Below are positions 12,000 to 25,711 of a stretch of 64,000 bases of DNA, in pieces. The stretch lies in assembly GCA_053919585.1 (NCBI GenBank), contig CM132790.1; one strand, given 5' to 3'. This DNA is from Euprymna scolopes (taxonomy: Eukaryota). A program made the translations under genes and the position numbers. Positions within the stretch are counted from its first letter, which is position 1. Each line of letters starts with the position of its first letter. The notes under the pieces are model-generated. The model saw nothing but the letters and a program-made list of their open reading frames with translations. It was not told the origin of the DNA and ran no database searches.

Positions 12000-14830
12000 T
12001 ATCTCTTCAGAGCTCGGAAGAGGCTAATGGTGATCTTGTAATGCCCTGCTTAAGCCTGTTGCGAAGTCGGCGCAAACCCGATGTAAACCGTTGGTGCAGC
12101 CCACTCACTGTGATCAATTTTTCCGATGATACCCATGTTTTCGAGTCTTTCTAATTCACCGTCTATCTATTCTATAGCGCCATCTGGAACATTTCTTTTC
12201 TTTCTGAACACTGGCTGTTCATTTACTTTTACGTCAAATTTTGCTACCGCTTTTGCACATCTTCCCAAACCGCCTGAAAATACGTCTGGGAAATTCTCTT
12301 TAACTCCCTCTTAAGTTTTTCTGCCTCTACATTCGAATCCTCAACCTTTTGGCAAAATGAGCTTAAAGGCAGATCCCATAGTCTAAACTTTTCGAACAGA
12401 CCAGTTCCAAAGAGGTTGCTTGATTTCGCAACACAATAATTCTTGCTTTTTCGGCCCTGTTCTGGAAAAAATATTCGTCAATAATTCTCCTTCGAAGGTA
12501 ATTTTTCGCCACTAAAGCTTCTCTCCGTGTTATGTGATTTAATCATAGTGGGTTTCCCAAACCTCTTCCATGTCTGTACATTAATAATGAAAATGCCAGA
12601 CCCATTATCAAGCTGTAGCCTTACTTTCTTTTTAAACATTTTGATCTGTACATATTTCCGGATATTTTGTTCCTCAGGTTCAATTTTCGTAAGTTTAATG
12701 GATGTCTTTCTGCCAGATTTTTTTTACACTGCGATGCTTTATGGCCTTTCTGGTGGCAGTTGTCACATTGTTTGAATTTGTAGGGACACTCATTGTACCA
12801 ATGTTTATTTTCACGCCTCCAACATGGTCCAGGTGGATCTTTTCCATTTCTTACTCAGATTATTTTTTGAAGTCGAATTTTTCTTTTGATGGATCTTTTT
12901 AATATGCGACACTCCGTTTCCTCTATGTCACGACTGTCTTGTTTCAACGCAATAAACCGTTCACAGTCTTTCGCTAAGTTTTGTATTTTTAAATTCGGTT
13001 CGTTTTCGAGTTTATTTAAAACACGACACCTGGTTCCAGCGTCTTTATTTAAGACGAGCCCTTGCACAAATATTAAACATTTAAAATTATCTACTGATAA
13101 TTCCTCCATGTTAAAATCGTCGCAATGCTTGTTCACTATACTTGCATAAGTAGTGTAGCCATCTTCCTTTCTTCTAGTAGCATTCATACATTTATATCGC
13201 CCATGGAAAAGAGACGTTTTTGCAGAAAACAGTTCTGTAAGTAGCGTAACTGTTTCTTGGAAGCTCAACTCACTGGTCTTTTTGGGAGGATAAAATTCGC
13301 GAGCTTTGCATGCTCGGCTGTTCCCAAATTCCTTAGCAAAAGCCGAACTTTTTTCGCGTCTGACCAGGTACTACAATCCGATATAAAAAAAATATCCTCA
13401 TATCGTCTATAGTACTGGACGAAAGTGAAATCGTCTTCTGGAATATAATTGAAATTTTCAATAGTGGCCCACGCAGCTGTTTGAAAAAATGCGTTATGAT
13501 TATCGTCTGCCTTTGTTAACTGTGTCGCATCCAGAATTTTTTTTGTTCCTCCTGTGTTTTCATCAATATTTCCTCGAAGCGTTTGTGTTGTTGAAGCATT
13601 TTTCTTCAAATGCTTGTTTAAATCTCTCTTCTCTTGTTGAATTTGCTGCTTTTGCAACGCGAGATTTTTCTCTGCCTAGAATTAGAACAATTCCAACAGT
13701 GAATCTTTGAATTTCGCATCCATTATACGAATTCAGTTTACAATTTACGCTTGTATTAAAGAAATATTCCTTAGTAAAAAAAAACAACCAAGTTTTCTTT
13801 CCCAGTTCTTTTGTTTTAAGAACAAAACTTTAACAGCCCTTTTTACACTTAATTTATTGAACTCTATATTTCTAGTCTTACTAGAAATAATCCAACGAAA
13901 TAACATTTGTTTAACATTTTTTTTATTTGCACGCATTTTTACGTAGCAATAATAAAATCCGTCGCTTTAAATACCCGACGAATTCCTATGGAAAACATTT
14001 AGTTTATTTTTTTACCCTCTTTGCCTTTTGCAAAAAATGACTTGATTCTTTACGTGTTTGCTAAGCACAAATGACGTACGCGAATATTATTTTTCACTGT
14101 CTGTCTCGTTTTCTCTTGACAAAGTCAAGCGTGATTTTTTTTTCAAATCCCAGTTGTTATAGAAATAACTATAAGCTTACACGGTATTTGCTAGTTGGTT
14201 TTTGACATTTAACTTTGCAGAAGAAAATTCTTACCGTAGGAAAAATAGCTTCTGGTGAAGAAAAAATGAACTCGTTTCCCCGTTCTAAAACACTTGGAAA
14301 GCGTGTTCAATTATTAAATAATTGATAACATCCGCGTTTTTCACTGTAGATTTTGGTAGCAATTTTTTTCCAGTCGCCAAATTACTGTTAATCCTTGCGT
14401 ATCCAAATATTTGTTGAAATGACGAATGAGTTATGCCGTAAAGATTTTACGAATCTTTATTCCAATCACTTTTTGTGATTCTCTGCAGTGACGGTCGTTT
14501 CGATTCCTTGTCGCCAATCTGTTGTCTCGTGGAAAAACAGTTAAAATAAGAACAATAAAATCGAAGTTCGTTTAAGAAATAAGTATATTAACAATAATGT
14601 ACAAAGATAGGAAAGCGTGTATGTCTGCTGGTCACTCGGCTAGCAGTTGAAGTGCAGTCGCAACTCTCTCACCGGTGTTGGAATTACTAGCGCTATTTAT
14701 AGTGCTAATCGGTGTAAATTCCTCTGTTTAAAGAACGCCGATTTAACAATATATTTCTGAAACCCCCGCGTTTTAAATTTAAAATAAACTAATAATAATT
14801 ATTTAAACCATTTGTCGCCAAAATTCAACA
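12000..14830 (-). mobile_element. Decayed Ty3/Gypsy LTR retrotransposon (5' LTR, PBS, gag, CCHC, protease, start of RT), cut by the gap
   Basis: gag-like ORFs 13265-13657 and 12855-13268 (DNFKCLIFVQGL..KLENEPNL); CDNCHQKGHKASQC knuckle about 12730-12770; RLQLDNGS protease; ELERLENMGII..SEWAAP and RVCADF RT start. Confidence 0.9.
14520..14830 (-). mobile_element. 5' LTR of the Gypsy element
   Basis: TGTTG...CAACA termini; CTATAAATAG TATA-like box on minus (about 14693-14702); followed by PBS-like TGGCGACAAGGA (14505-14516). Confidence 0.7.
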
Positions 14831-15024
14831 TGTCCACATATGCACTAACGTACTTTTAAAAGAATTTTCTACCAAGAATCATTAAGGACAATCCGCCTTA
14901 CTTACTACAAAAATGCTAGTTATATTTTTCGTGTCTAAAACTTCTCTCCCCACTCTTTTTTTGTGCTGATGAGGAGATCATGTGTTAGAAACAAAAGCAC
15001 AAGTTTCCCTTGTTAACTACTTTG

Positions 15025-15027
<3 letters not shown>

Positions 15028-15094
<67 letters not shown>
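15028..15094. repeat. (TA)n microsatellite; others at about 15403-15457, 19467-19531, 25657-25710, 34760-34804, 56599-56662, 58903-58945, 59448-59511
   Basis: direct reading. Confidence 0.97.
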
Positions 15095-15096
<2 letters not shown>

Positions 15097-15398
15097 TAAG
15101 AAACAATACTACTCTGGAGAAAATTAAATATATATCGAATCAATATATTTTTGTATTTTTTATTTATTATTTTCCTGTGTTTTCATGTAAGTTTCCGGGC
15201 CAAATTGTGTGGGGTGTTCATTGTACAGGTCGGCCGATAAAGAATGTGCTTATTTGTTATTGTAGCAAACAAAACAAATGGTTTCAGCTATGTTTGTTTT
15301 GTCACGTTTCATTTGCCGTAAAATATTTTGCCTTTTTTGTATTTTTGTTTGTTTCGAGCAACAGCAATGCATGGCCAGGTACGGCTGGTTATATATAT

Positions 15399-15460
<62 letters not shown>

Positions 15461-16204
15461 TTATGTGTGTGTGTGTGCTTGTGCATACATATAGACATAT
15501 GCGTTTCTTTGAACCATGTACCCTAATTATAAGGCAATTATGGTGTAGAAAATACGCATAAATAGAACCGTACGTAATAGTTAAGCGAAATCAATTATCT
15601 CATAAGAAAACTTTAAAATTGAGTAATTAACTAATTAATGTTTGTTTTTCAAAGAATATACAACCTAGTAAACCTTTGTTTAGTCTCTTGCATAAACATG
15701 AGTAAGTATTTTTAAATGTAAAAAGAAGAGTTTTAATATCAATGTAGTTGCAACGAAAAACTCAGCTTCATATCCACNNNNNNNNNNNNNNNNNNNNNNN
15801 NNNNNNNNNNNNNNNNNNNNNNNNNNNNNNNNNNNNNNNNNNNNNNNNNNNNNNNNNNNNNNNNNNNNNNNNNNNNNNNNNNNNNNNNNNNNNNNNNNNN
15901 NNNNNNNNNNCGGTAAAAACAACCAAGCAGGAAGGCAGGTTTTTAAAATTTTTTGCTATGCGGTCGCCCATTATTGATAGATATGAACCCAGTCACTCCT
16001 TACTCACTACATGATTGCGGGTTCTGAATTAGTTATATTGTTTTTTCACCGTATACGAGAAAGACAACTATATCCTGTGTCGTTTATGATTAAATTTTGA
16101 TCTTTAAAATGTACTTCATGCATTCGTTTTCCTTTTATGAAGTCTTAGCATTTTCCTTATATCCCTGTTTATAAAATTGGCAAAAATGTTGGTAATTGTT
16201 AACA

Positions 16205-16223
16205 TTTATATATATATATATAC

Positions 16224-16289
<66 letters not shown>
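16205..16289. repeat. (TA)n(TG)n compound microsatellite
   Basis: direct reading. Confidence 0.95.
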
Positions 16290-16291
<2 letters not shown>

Positions 16292-19149
16292 AGTAAAATT
16301 TACGCCCTTATGAAAAGAAGTCGCAATATTGGTGATTCTTTTAGGCGAACACTAGGAGTAAATAAACTGATTAAATAGAACGAGTAAATAAATTGATTTT
16401 AAGTGTAGTTTAAGAACAAATACTTGTTCACAAAGACAGGCATTTATCTACTTTTTCATGAAATTTCCGTACAAAAAGCAGCAAATTGATCGTCTGTTTC
16501 TCCACTTCGCACCACAGCACTATGCGACTGTAAAAAATGAGAAAATAAACCTAATTACCCAACCGAAAAGGTTACACAATATACATTTGATTAAGTTGAT
16601 AAAGTTTCATATAGAAGTCGTGACAGATACTATTTTGCCTGCGCATGCTCGCGATTCTAGCCTGTACTTCTGGCATTTTCCGAATCCTTATTCTGTGTTT
16701 CTTTTGTTTATTCTATTTTTTAATTCTGTTGTTCAGTTCCGCTACACGAAAAGTTTATGTCAAATATCTTGCCCTAACGGATACAGTTGTAAACTATGAA
16801 AAAGACGAATTAAATTATAAAATTCCACTAAATATGAATAAAAAAAAAATATGAAGAAAGAATTTACTCCAGTTTACAATAAGTAGTTTAGATTTACTGT
16901 GATGGAATTAACGTTTTTATAACACCAGTATCCTTTATCTGAACAGCATATAATGAAATTTCTCACAAAAATGATTCAATACTTTCATTGTAATTTCATG
17001 CTAATGCGACAAACATGCATAGAGGATGATTTATATTTCAATTAAGCATCAATATTCCTAGAAAGAAGTTTATGTTTTCGGCGTTTGATTTGATGACTTG
17101 TGTACATGTTCTCGTCAATATCGTGTGAGTAAATGCCATTAAACTTATTCAGAATATCGATCATCCTCTAACTAATGAACAAATGACTATGCGAATACTT
17201 CATATAATGTGGAGGAATTGGTCCAAAAATAGACTTTCGCCTATTGTTACGTTGTCAGGAAATAAGAACAAAATTTATCCTCACGTCATTGCATAATGTT
17301 TAATGCTGATGATATTACTACTCTATGTTACGATCGTATCATACAGGGATACTTTATGCCAAATTTAATGCAATTTTTATTTATAAGATTATATTTTTTA
17401 TTAATATCAGTATTAATGATAAAACAGTAGTAGTAGTAGTAGTATTAGTAGTGGTGGTGGTGGTGGTAGAAGTTGTGCAATTCTTACTTCCATGTATTAT
17501 TTTATCATATAAGGGGAGCTTCTGTTTCCGGTCGTTTGATTTAGGTCTTTGTTTACAGTCTATTGTCAACATCACTTGAGAAATAGTCACCAAAATTGGG
17601 TAGAATACCAGTCATGCTCTGACTAACGTAATAATTATATTTCATAAACAAGGTAACATAAATTGGATACTGTTCATCTCAGTCGCCACCTGAACAAATG
17701 AAGTCCAACAAATTATATAACAACGATCTTTGATCATGATTTTAAGAACTTTCAGTTCCCAATCTTTTCTAAATTTCATTTACTTTTCTTTGAACGCGAG
17801 CAAACAGGCACAAGGTCATTTTTCTCCGTGGGATAATGCTAGCTATTACAAAAACACATTCTGGATTGGGCAAGAAATTTACTCTGCAGCAGTTTAAAAT
17901 ATCCTTTTTCACCAACCGATGACAAAAAACGATTAAATGTAGTATAAGAACAAACAGTGCGCTTTGCTCCCAGACGAATGGCCCATACCTTTAACGTAAA
18001 GAGGTTTCCTTATCCGTAACTAAGTGAAATTTATATGACGTAAACAAATTAAGTTACTCTTCAAAACGGAATTGAGGCGTAATTGAATGCACAACCTAAA
18101 AATATAATACATTTGACATGCACATTGATCGTTTATCTACACATGCTGAAGATATTGATTTTTCGTGTTTTTTTTTTTACTTTCGTAGAACAAAATGCTG
18201 TCCATATCTATGGTGATCCTTCATTGAGTTACCGTGTTAATACCATTCCTTCTTCTGCTAATTTTAGGGTTATATGTTTCTGTAGTCATTTAAGTTGACT
18301 TCAATAATTATTCAACTGAAAGTAAAATATTCGTGTAGTTTTTGGTCGCAAAAATACCGAGAGTCCAGTCTCATTCTCCAAAAAAGTCTTCATTGTAATG
18401 CGAAGCCAGCTAACTAATCGCTTAACCGTGTGGGTTTTCATACACATGTGCAGTAAGTACAGAATCATTGCAGATATATGTGTAAAGCAACGATGCTAAA
18501 TTGCCTTTATATTCTGTATAAAAGTATTATAAAGGTTTAAAATTAATGCATGGTGGAGGTAATAATAATAGCAATGATAAAAATGGAAACAAGAAAAGAA
18601 CAATTAAATAAAACGATTCACAAATATAAGTGTTTCTTTGCATTAACCAAATAATTACAAACTGTAGTAAATTAAAAAGTGTACACTAAAAATAAAATGA
18701 CAAATAACTGAACAGCTAAAATAACAAAACATGCAAAAAGATAACCGCATAAAACCTTCTAAGTAAGATTGTATAATTTGAGTTACTTGTTTTTAAAGTG
18801 TTTTAAGGCGCATCATAGGTGACATGCTTTAATTTGAAAAACTGTAAATTGCTGATATTTATAGATTTTAATTTATGATTATTAGGCGATTAACTGTGAT
18901 TCGGAAACATGTAAGAAATGTTGGAAGGTAATGGAACTATTGCATATTTTCTGGACTAAGCATACGGAATTGGTATAAGTTGTTGATGAAGCAGAATTAG
19001 TAAAAGAAGGTTTTGAAACTTTCATATAGTAATTTATTCCGTAAACAATATAAACTTATACATAGTTGTCAATAAAATAGGGATACACCTGACTTCATTT
19101 AATATATATATATGTGTGTGTGTTTGTGTGTGTGTGTATGTGTGTGTAC

Positions 19150-19180
<31 letters not shown>

Positions 19181-19283
19181 ACTACTTAATTTACTCACAT
19201 AAAATTAATATACGAAAGTATAGATTTATGCGTAAACTTTAAGTATTTACTTCAAACGTGCTCAATACGTAAATAGAGCTAGT

Positions 19284-19463
19284 TAGTAAGTTATAAAATG
19301 TATATGGCGATTAAGCTACACTGAATATTCCGCGTTTCATCCACTCTAGCGTACATGTACACAAATCAGCAAATCAATCTATGCGCATAAGCCTGAAGAA
19401 TCCTAGCGTGGATGAAACGCGGAATATTCAGTGTAGCTTAATCGGCATATACATTTTATAACT

Positions 19464-19468
<5 letters not shown>
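19284..19468. mobile_element. Fold-back mini-element with 66-bp inverted arms (19284-19349 / 19403-19468), resembling a Penelope inverted pseudo-LTR
   Basis: Arms are reverse complements with 2 mismatches around a 53-bp spacer; spacer plus right arm contains a hammerhead fold; abuts (TA)n. Confidence 0.75.
19380..19449 (+). ncRNA. Type I hammerhead ribozyme (predicted cleavage after GUA, 19433-19435)
   Basis: Stem I UAAGC/GCUUA plus distal UAUGC/GCAUA across an internal loop; core CUGAAGA 19393-19399; stem II AUCC/GGAU with loop UAGCGU; GAAA 19414-19417; stem III ACGC-G-GA/UC-A-GUGU; all core positions canonical. Confidence 0.85.
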
Positions 19469-19533
<65 letters not shown>

Positions 19534-19737
19534 GCGTGTGTGTGCATATAAGTTTACATAAAATATTAATACGTAAAGTATAAACGTATATTTTTTCTTT
19601 TATTTCATTTTATATTGGATGACGTGTACGAATACAAAATGGTTTTTGAAAAAAAACTTTTTTAAGAACAAAATTAAGAGGATGTGGGTGTACAGAATGG
19701 AAGTGGTAAGTGGAGTAGGTATATGCTCATATATCTA

Positions 19738-20215
19738 TCTATATATATATAAAAGTGAACGTGAATGTGGTGTGTATGTGTGTGTCTGTGTACACTTCCC
19801 TAAGCAATAATTCTGTCAATTTTTAGTCTACAGACTCGAAATTTGATATACAGGGTACTGAGATTTGAAAAATTGATGTGATCGGTTTTTGGCCAGAAAT
19901 TTTGCGATTAAGGGATCAAAGTTCAACGATTTGACCTTTCAGAACTCTACCAAACTTCTCCGACAATTTTGAGTCTACGCACTTGAAATTTTAGATATTG
20001 GTTCCTCGGACATGGATCTAACTTAATAACTTGATTTGAGCCCAAAACAATAAATTTTAAGGGGTCATAATAGGGGTCAAAATTTTAAAAAATTGACCTC
20101 TGTGGTCTCTACCAAATTTCTCAGACAATTTATGATCTAAATATTTGAAATTTTACATAAAGGGTATTCAGAGATAGGGCAAGCTTTTTTATCAGTTTGG
20201 GTTGAAAATTTTTAG
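19738..20215 (+). mobile_element. Non-autonomous Helitron-like 5' portion with about three 150-160 bp internal repeats
   Basis: A|TCTATATATATATAAAAG start followed by a (TG)-rich tract; repeated CAATTTT..GTCTAC..GAAATTT units at about 19811, 19955, 20117; no 3' CTAG end found. Confidence 0.5.
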
Positions 20216-20899
20216 TTACCAATATATAAATGTATGCATGTATGTCTGTTTGCATGTCTGCCTTAAACTTTCAATAGAGGCCACGGATTTTACCAAGATC
20301 AGTATCGTTTTAAAGTTCGACCTTTCCTACAACAAATATCGAAAAATTGGCATAAACATTAATATCTTCCCCTTCAACTAGGCACTTTTCTACAGGGGCG
20401 TCACTTTTTTCGCCGATATTTTTGAAAGTTATCCTCTCCATTAGATTGTCTATCCTTAATTTAAAAAAATGTCGCTTCCGGTTTGGCGGCCTTCGAGAAA
20501 TGACGAAGAGTCGCCGGAAGCATGCAAGGGAAAGCGACCTTAGTGAAAAATAGATCCCTGCATTGCTGGGAGTGTGGTCAGTTTGGGCATATGGCCAAAG
20601 GCCGTTCGAAAATGCAATGCTAATGCTGTGGAAAAAATGTCATCTGCGAGTGCAGTGTCCTCTATCGAAAAACTGCCACGCTGGCAAATCCAGGAAAGAC
20701 TCCCCCAATAGTGACACATAAACGCCCGTGAGAGCAAACATAAACTCGGAACGGAGGCCCCAAGCTCAAATCTCGCTCAGCGAGAAGGAAGGAGGCCGTA
20801 GCGAGCAAAGGTTTGTAATCTGTGGAAGGAAGATTGGGGCCCTACAAGCCAGATGGAAGTAAGGGTCGTGAAAGTGGCGTCTGCGGTGGACATCGAAGT

Positions 20900-23800
20900 C
20901 TCAGTATATTATATAATGGCAACCCGAGCATGACTGCATCCAGTCAACCTAAAGTTGCATCAAGCAGATAGAATCAAATTGCGATAGATCGTCTTCCTTG
21001 TAAGTTAAGGGGTATCTGGACACATACAGGCCTATGTGGCACCAGACCTGTGTGAAGACTTGATATTAGGCAATGACTGGTTAAAATAGCTGGGGGCAAA
21101 GATCACTTTTTATCCGCCGACCCAGTGTTTGGCAGAAAGAGGTATAGAAAGAGGTATAGTCTTGGGTGACCAAACTCAGATACAGAGCCTCCTACTAACT
21201 CTGTAGGATGCAGAAATCCCTCTCAGGACAATAGTTTCCACCAGAAGAAAGAGTAAGGGATAAGGAAGTTGGGGCATCGATGAGTACCAAGTCTCCTTCC
21301 TGCCAGAAGACAATGGAGGAGAATCTGGAAGTAGTAGTAGTCGGTGATGCCCTGGTTGGCGGAGACTTAAGTTTCCCGATGTTGTTGACGAATAAGTCTA
21401 ATAAGACTGGATATGAAGGGGAATTCAGGTGAGTTGTGCTCGACCTGTTGAGAGGGACCAACCAGTGGAGAACTGGACGGATGCAGCGCCGAGGTCCATT
21501 GGGAGAATAAAGAGAATAAAACCCGAGGAGGTGATAGCACCTCCTGAGTATCCGCGAATAGTAATCGGGTTGCTTAAAAGCAATAAGGACATTATCGTGA
21601 CCAGCGATCGGAAGTTGGAGTGTACCAGTGCGGTTACTATGAAGACCAAGCGCCTGTAAAGATGTAACCCTATAGAACACCGATCCATAAGAGAAAGATT
21701 GTGGAAGAAGCAGTATCAGGCATTTTTGGACACTGGTATAATTGAAAGATCTACCTCCCCATGACGCTTGCTCGTGATACTTGTGGAAAAGAAAGACGGA
21801 GGCCACATATTTCGTGTGGACTTCAGAAAGCTGAACGCCATCACTAAATATTTGGTCGTAGCATTACCTCTTTTCGACGACATACTGGCCTTGTATGGGG
21901 AAAGCGAGATGTTTTACCACACTTGATTTAAGATCGGGTTATTAGCTAATGGTCGTGGATGATGGAAATAAGGAGAAAGCAGCCTTTGCGTGCCAAGTGG
22001 GATTGTTTACTTTCCGGGTCATGCTTTTTAGTCTCTTTTATGCGCGGAGAGTATTCTCTCAACTGATGTCGATAGTTGGGGGGATGGAGGGGTGGAAGGG
22101 TTTGCCGTAGCATATTTGGATGACATATTGGTATTTTCAAACACACCGGGAGAACATGTTAGACACCTGAGAGAGGTGTTTAAGAGTTTGCGTACGCATT
22201 ATTTAAAGGTGAAGTTGCATAAATGCCAATTCTTCTAGGAGGAAACTAAGTATTTAGGGTTTGTGATTCATGCGGCAGGAATAAAACCTGACACAGACAA
22301 GTAAAACTCATCGGGGGCTTACCGAAACACAAGACGGTACGGCAAGTATGATCGGTTATTATCGAAGGTTCATACCGTCCTATAGTCGGCTGGACACCGC
22401 CATAATAGCATTAACAAAGAAGCATGCCTGCTACCAATGGACCCCAGAATGACAGAGAGCCTTTGAGGCGCTGAACGACTAGTTGATCGCGATACAATTG
22501 CTGGAAACTCCGGACCTCAGGAAGCCCATAGTCATGTATACAGACGCGAGTGACACGTTCATAGGGACAGTGTTTACCCAACCGTGTCCGGAGAGGGGTG
22601 CCTGGCATACGAGAGGAGATCCCAATATATTTCCTGTCGCATAATCTTACTGAAACCCGACAGAGATGGCCCGTTATTGAAAAATCTTGCTTTGCGATAG
22701 TATATACCGTGCAAAAAGTGAACTACTGCCTAAATACGGCGGAGTCTGTGGTGAAAATTTATCACAAACAAATGGACATTTGTTTAAAGCAGACTGAATG
22801 AATAATAAAGTCAAGCAAGGAGCGCTGAAGCTATCTGGTACCGATGCAAAATCGTGTATTTGTAGGGCAAGGAAAATACTTGCGCCGACCTGTTGTCACT
22901 CGTTCCTGAGGAGTTCGAATACTAAGCTATTCGGTTGGAGCCGAGTGTGAATGACTGGGCTTTTCAGGTGGGAATAATTAACTCCCACGTCCTAAAGTAA
23001 AGGCCCATGTGGAGTGATGATTAGCTGGAAAAGTAATTGAGAATGGGCAGGGCGACCGAGAGCTGGCAAGGTTATGGCCAGGGTTGAGAAGAGTCAGACC
23101 CAGAAATAGGCACTTTATCAGAGCAAGCTGCACTACATCGCCTGTCACCGAAATGGGGAAATAGATTGTAAATAGTAGAGTTGAGAAAGGAAATTCTAGA
23201 ACAAACCCACGCAAGATCATGGCATCTGGGGGCGGAGAAAACCCAATGATTTGATATTTAGAAATTATTACTGGCTGCAAGTGGTCAAGGAGGTATTAGA
23301 GTAGGTAAAACGTTGCGTACGGTTAAGAGAAGAGTAGTAACTAGCTACAAGCCCCACTGGCAGATATACCTTCCAGAAACTGAGTTTAGGCACTTCTGGA
23401 CCTTATCTACTCACAGAACGAAACATAATGGATTGCCTCACTAATTGGGCAAATGGCATATGTGGTATCGGTCAAAAGAAGTCACCGACGATGGCGGATT
23501 TGCTTCTGCATGAAGCCTTAGGAGTTTGAGGATGCAGAGTAAGACCAAAATTAAGCAATGTCATATGACATTAGCATTATCTTGAGTAAGTTAGCTACTG
23601 ACACTCCGGACAAGTGGAACCAGTTTCTCACACACGCTTTGGCAGCAGTGAAGTTCACGGTGAACAGGACAGAGTTTTTGTCGTTTGAGCTTATTAAGCC
23701 ACGCAGAAATTACCTGGGAGAGAGATCTTCACAACATGTTATTGGAACAACAACACAAGAGTTTTGTCCAAGCACGAAGGCGCATATAAACGACGCAGAA

Positions 23801-24050
23801 AGAGGGAATGCTCGGGTGAATAAGTTTAGGAAAGACACAGAATTTAAGGTAGGTTACCATGGTTATTATAAAGTGCAGATCCGAGAAGGGAAGTTGGAAA
23901 AACGTTGGACCCCTTTTTATCGAGTTGTAGAACACACAGCTCAACTCTCTTATGTGATTTGGAAACAGATCGGGGCATATGGTGAAAAGAGTGCACGCAA
24001 ATGATCTCAAATCGGCAAAAACTGGAGTTCGAAGCAGAACCCGCCCCGCA
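20900..24050 (+). mobile_element. Decayed Ty3/Gypsy pol (protease, RT, RNase H, partly deleted integrase)
   Basis: LILGNDWLK protease end; VEKKDGGHIFRVDFRKLNAIT, LDLRSGY and FAVAYLDDILVFS (about 22113) RT; YTDASD and PIYFLSHNLTETRQRWPVIEKSCFAIV RNase H; DKWNQFL..AVKFTVN and GKLEKRWTPFYRVV integrase C-terminus; LTRs not resolved. Confidence 0.9.
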
Positions 24051-25654
24051 AATAGGAGGCAGAAAACCAAGGAATAAAACATTAGTTGAACCGCGAAATA
24101 GAGACGGGTGTACAATTCAGCCTTCGATCTGAGATTCAAGTCAATATTAAATTCTCATGACTCCTAAGGTCAACACTGTCAGTTCGACATCTGGCATTGA
24201 GTTCGTCGAGGCCAGACAATGTTATGTTATCGTTCTAAGTTTCTTGTCATCAATTTTAAATGCAAAATATATATCTCTGACTTCCGAACAATATCTATTT
24301 TGACAATGAAATAAAATATATATTTATATCCCTCACTTTAAGTCTTCGGGATGTTACTCGGGATCGATTAAAGCTATCTTAACAGACCCGGCTCCTCAAT
24401 GAGGGCAATTCGCTCCCTCAGGTCGATTAAGTTACAAATGAACCCCTAAACAAACCATCGACTAGGGACAACATCCGGTTGGGAAGCGCGCCAGAGAGAA
24501 GAGAGGTAGCATTCCTGTGGTTAGGGATCATCCAGAGGAGAGATTAGACAGGGTTGGGACTCAAAATAATTCCGTAAGTTCCTGGGATAAGGACAATTAT
24601 ATGCCATTGTCTTTATTGACCTAGAGACTGGGAGCGGAAGTAGGGAGTGTTAACGAACCCACAGTCGAAGGTGACCCCATAGAAGACTGCTGGAACTGTG
24701 GAAGGAAACACGTCCTCGCCGAAACAAACCGAGCAATGGAACGTTGATGGCCAGACTCAGTCCAACTGCGAACTACTTCTGAAGGAGAAACTAGGAGGGA
24801 CGACCGCAGAAACCTTGGTCTGGGTACAGGATATGAAAGGGGCTGTGTTAATTGGAAATTACACTAGACATAATGTTGAAAGGCAGTTAATTAAAGATGG
24901 GACAAAAGATATATAATGAATGTAAGCGCACGCATTTATGGGCGTTTTAATTAGTGACATATAACGAATTTAAATAAAACAACTCTAAAGCGATTAAGTG
25001 AAATGTCTGTGAATTAAATGTATACAAAATTAAAGAAAATTGGCGTTTGATTTAATGCTGTGCAACAAATAAATTAAAACAACAAAAAAAGAAAAAACTA
25101 CTCTAAATGTGAGGGGGTTTGTGAAATCTGTATTGAAAAGTCTAAAGCGACAAAACTGAAAATGTGTCTGCTTTAACAATAAAAAGGAAAGAGGAGAAAA
25201 ACAAAAGGTGATTCGTTGAAGATGAAAAAAAGCTAAACAAAAAGGGAAATCAGCCGTTGGCACCGAGTGACGCACGCGGGTCAAGAATCGCTTTGACTGT
25301 CAATTAAACAGGGCGGCAGTGGTAAGCAGATTGTACGATGTTGACCGGCTTCGATAATGGAAATTATAGCTAAATCGACCGGAAGTAAGCAATTTTTCGA
25401 ATTACTTATAGACAAGGAGTAACCGAAATATATGAGTTCCGATAAGTTCGAACTCTGAGTTTATAGATAGTTTATATGCTAATTACAGGGATTACGACCG
25501 GATAGATGCCTGGTAGTTGGGATTCTGGAGTTTGGACGTTCCCCTGCATTGAGATAGGCATTTTCGAGAAAATATCATAATCAAAGTGTAAATATATAAC
25601 TGAAAATATACGGCACAGGACAATGTACACACACACACACATACACACACACGC

Positions 25655-25711
<57 letters not shown>

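Noticed and set aside
14961-15003. Hammerhead-like CTGATGA...GAAA between TTGTG and CACAA
   Set aside because: No stem II and no UH cleavage site
14982-15561. Long ORFs with IYIYIY, VCVC or poly-I runs (also 3273, 16196, 25492, 59127-59554)
   Set aside because: Translations of microsatellites
24300-25560. 3' LTR and polypurine tract of the Gypsy at 20900-24050
   Set aside because: No matching 5' LTR or TSD found
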